Shown: piece by piece, positions 62,066 through 64,000 of the stretch | Layout of the letters: every line of letters begins with the position of its first letter | Numbering within the stretch: position 1 is the first letter of the stretch | Source: Hyphochytrium catenoides | Lineage: Eukaryota > Protista > Hyphochytriomycota | Assembly (NCBI GenBank): GCA_900088475.1 | Contig: FLMG01003815.1 | Coordinates: 68,205 to 132,204 of the forward strand | Length of the DNA: 64,000 bases | Direction of reading: 5' to 3' | Position numbers and translations under genes: made by a program | The notes under the pieces: generated by a model | Database searches by the model: none | What the model saw: the letters and a program-made list of their open reading frames with translations, nothing else | What the model was told of the DNA's origin: nothing

Positions 62066-62072
62066 GAGAGAG
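61869..62072 (-). repeat. (GA)n microsatellite (CT on the kinase sense strand) upstream of the kinase
   Basis: About 200 bp of agagag with interruptions. Confidence 0.95.
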
Positions 62073-63473
62073 AAAGATTAGGAGTGGAAGACGAGGATAC
62101 GAACAGATGCTTTTCTTCCACAGAGAAGCAACTGAGGGAGATAGGCGTTAGCGGCTCTGATGTAACTCCCTTTCGTTCTGATAGATTTGAGGAGGAGGTC
62201 AAGGCCTGGCCACTGGTCATCTATGTTGTACAAGTAGTAAGGACAGCAGCAGCAGCAGCAGTGCCATAAGCCCATGCCATCGTTATCTTAGGAGAATCTG
62301 TCGAACCTCACTTCCCTCTCACAAGCGCTCACCCTCCCACCCATTTATGGGGTCAGTGATCACCGCTTCCACCTACCAACCGTCGGCGCCTTCTTATGCT
62401 GCACCATCACCTACCTACTACATACCAATCAACTATCCTCAGATCAAGCTTCTGCTATTAATATTGAGTAGTATCCTTTCGCAGCAGGAAGAGACTGTTG
62501 GGTATCACTAGCCTGCTAGCTCTATCTATTAAGGTATCACGCGGCGGCGTTGGTCACTCTAACCGATAGACGATTCCTACTAATCAAATAAACCGGGATG
62601 CAGGCGTGGGTCCTACATCCATCCAAAGCGATCTATATCCGTTCTATTCATTCATCAAAAAGAACACCTAATTATTATGCTGTACGAGGGTTCCATCAGC
62701 GAAAAGGTGTTGACAGGTCTAGCTCATGATCGTCTAATCCCGTCAGGTTAAAAGAGTGTATGTATGATGCCAGTGAATGAAGAAACAGCCTTTTTTCAAG
62801 CAACTCAGTGGTGAAGAAGACGGAGTCCAGCACCAAGAAGGGTAGACGGCGATTCGCCGTAAAAGAGCAACTAACAGGCATGCCGAGGCTCTCTTCTGGT
62901 CATCTCAGACTAGTCTCCTGCTATGCTGCTGCGTTGCCCAACAAGCTTATCAGTCCAGAAGGCACCATGTACCGTGCAGTGTGTTTAGACAGTGTTAGTA
63001 GCCTTGCAGCCTTCGCCTTCATAAAGTAGGCTGGCCTAATAATATTTAGAATCAGTCTAGGCGGATTCCGAGACATAGGATGATGTCGATGGTGACGAGA
63101 CTTCCTCCTGGAGTCAGGGGCTATCCTTTCTGAGGGCTGTGTGGAACCCTTTGATGGATGATGAAAGAGATGAGAGCAGCACTTGACCGACCGCAAGGGA
63201 GGTTCCTCCAAGGAAGATAGTTCAGCGTCTTTAAAGGAGGTCAGAAACTCTTCCCTGCCTGATGAGCGTCCCGCTTGGAGTTGCTAGGAGGTAGTAAGGG
63301 AGTGATATCGGCTTCCTCACATACCCTTAGGCCAACACCAGGCAACACAAGCTGTAGAATTGACTACACCTCATCCTGGGTACCCATCTGAACTGAGGAC
63401 ACACAGACAGTCAGAGATCCATCTCTGAGCTCTGACGTGTCGTCTGACAAATATATCGGCAAAGATCGGCAAG

Positions 63474-64000
63474 ATGATGACACTCGACAGAGAGCTGACC
63501 CCTGAAGAGAGACTAGAGGAGGACCGCAGACTGGCTGAGGCCTTGAAGCTCTTTGATGACACGGATGATGATGAGGAGACTAGCTTTGAAGGTTCTGTTT
63601 GTATATTAAGTAGATAGCATTGTCGCCTTCGCCGCGGATACTGACTTCATTTGGTGCCAGGAATGGTCCAAGCTCAAACTACAGCGGAAGAGACTTCAAT
63701 ACCTTCACCCAGTCACGCCGGACCATCACCCACCGGTGGGTCAACGACTACCAACAATAAGAAAAAGAAGAGAAAGAAGAAGAAGAAGGAGGGACAGAAG
63801 TTTGCGTGGCCACCACTGCAACGAGTTCAGCAGGCCCTAGAAGCAACAGAAGCCTTTCGGCAAAACCTAACTCTGGTACAATGCGCAGAGCCAGTATGGA
63901 CTGACTACCGTACACTTTACTTCGGTCCTGTGGTCTATCAAGGCGGAGTTGACAATATTGGGGGAGGTAGAGGCTTACTGGCTGCATGCGATATCCCTGC
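63474..64000 (+). CDS. 5' part of a probable SET-domain (SMYD-like) protein, truncated by the window end
   Basis: Exon 1 MMTLDRELTPEERLEEDRRLAEALKLFDD..., a GT-AG intron at about 63592-63660, then an open frame with KKKRKKKKK (NLS-like) ending GGRGLLAACDIP, similar to the SET-N motif GRGLxAxxDIxxG. Confidence 0.55.

Noticed and set aside
1-64000. Alternative genetic code, tRNA/rRNA/snRNA genes, intact transposons
   Set aside because: TAA, TAG and TGA all terminate conserved genes normally. I found no tRNA, rRNA or snRNA signatures and no transposase or RT motifs by eye.

Overview
Gene-dense eukaryotic nuclear DNA with the standard code, short spliceosomal introns and three N-gaps. It is probably from a flagellated protist; stramenopile affinity is an inference from a C2CD3 homolog and an oomycete-like multi-TM protein. 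Genes in order: membrane-anchored prolyl 4-hydroxylase (+), EXO1 (-), intronless bacterial-like VOC/glyoxalase protein (-), intronless multi-TM protein (+), eIF3d (+), ARF1 (-), C2CD3 (+), NRDE2 (+), ERGIC3/Erv46-like (-), Baeyer-Villiger-type flavin monooxygenase (+), Coq11-like NAD(P)-binding protein (-), six-domain multicopper ferroxidase (-), ZIP metal transporter (+), folate-biopterin transporter (+), DFD-type AGC kinase (-), and the start of a probable SET-domain gene (+). Main points of interest: (1) a FOX1-type six-domain ferroxidase with a probable GPI anchor sits head-to-head with a ZIP transporter, a candidate metal-uptake module; (2) eIF3d intron 2 holds a well-formed H/ACA snoRNA, with a weaker C/D candidate in intron 3; (3) a 26-bp intergenic hairpin has only G-U non-Watson-Crick pairs; (4) the VOC gene may be horizontally acquired; (5) two GC-AG introns; (6) CT tracts lie on the sense strand upstream of several genes. 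All family calls come from motif recognition by eye, not database searches, and exon boundaries were inferred by hand.
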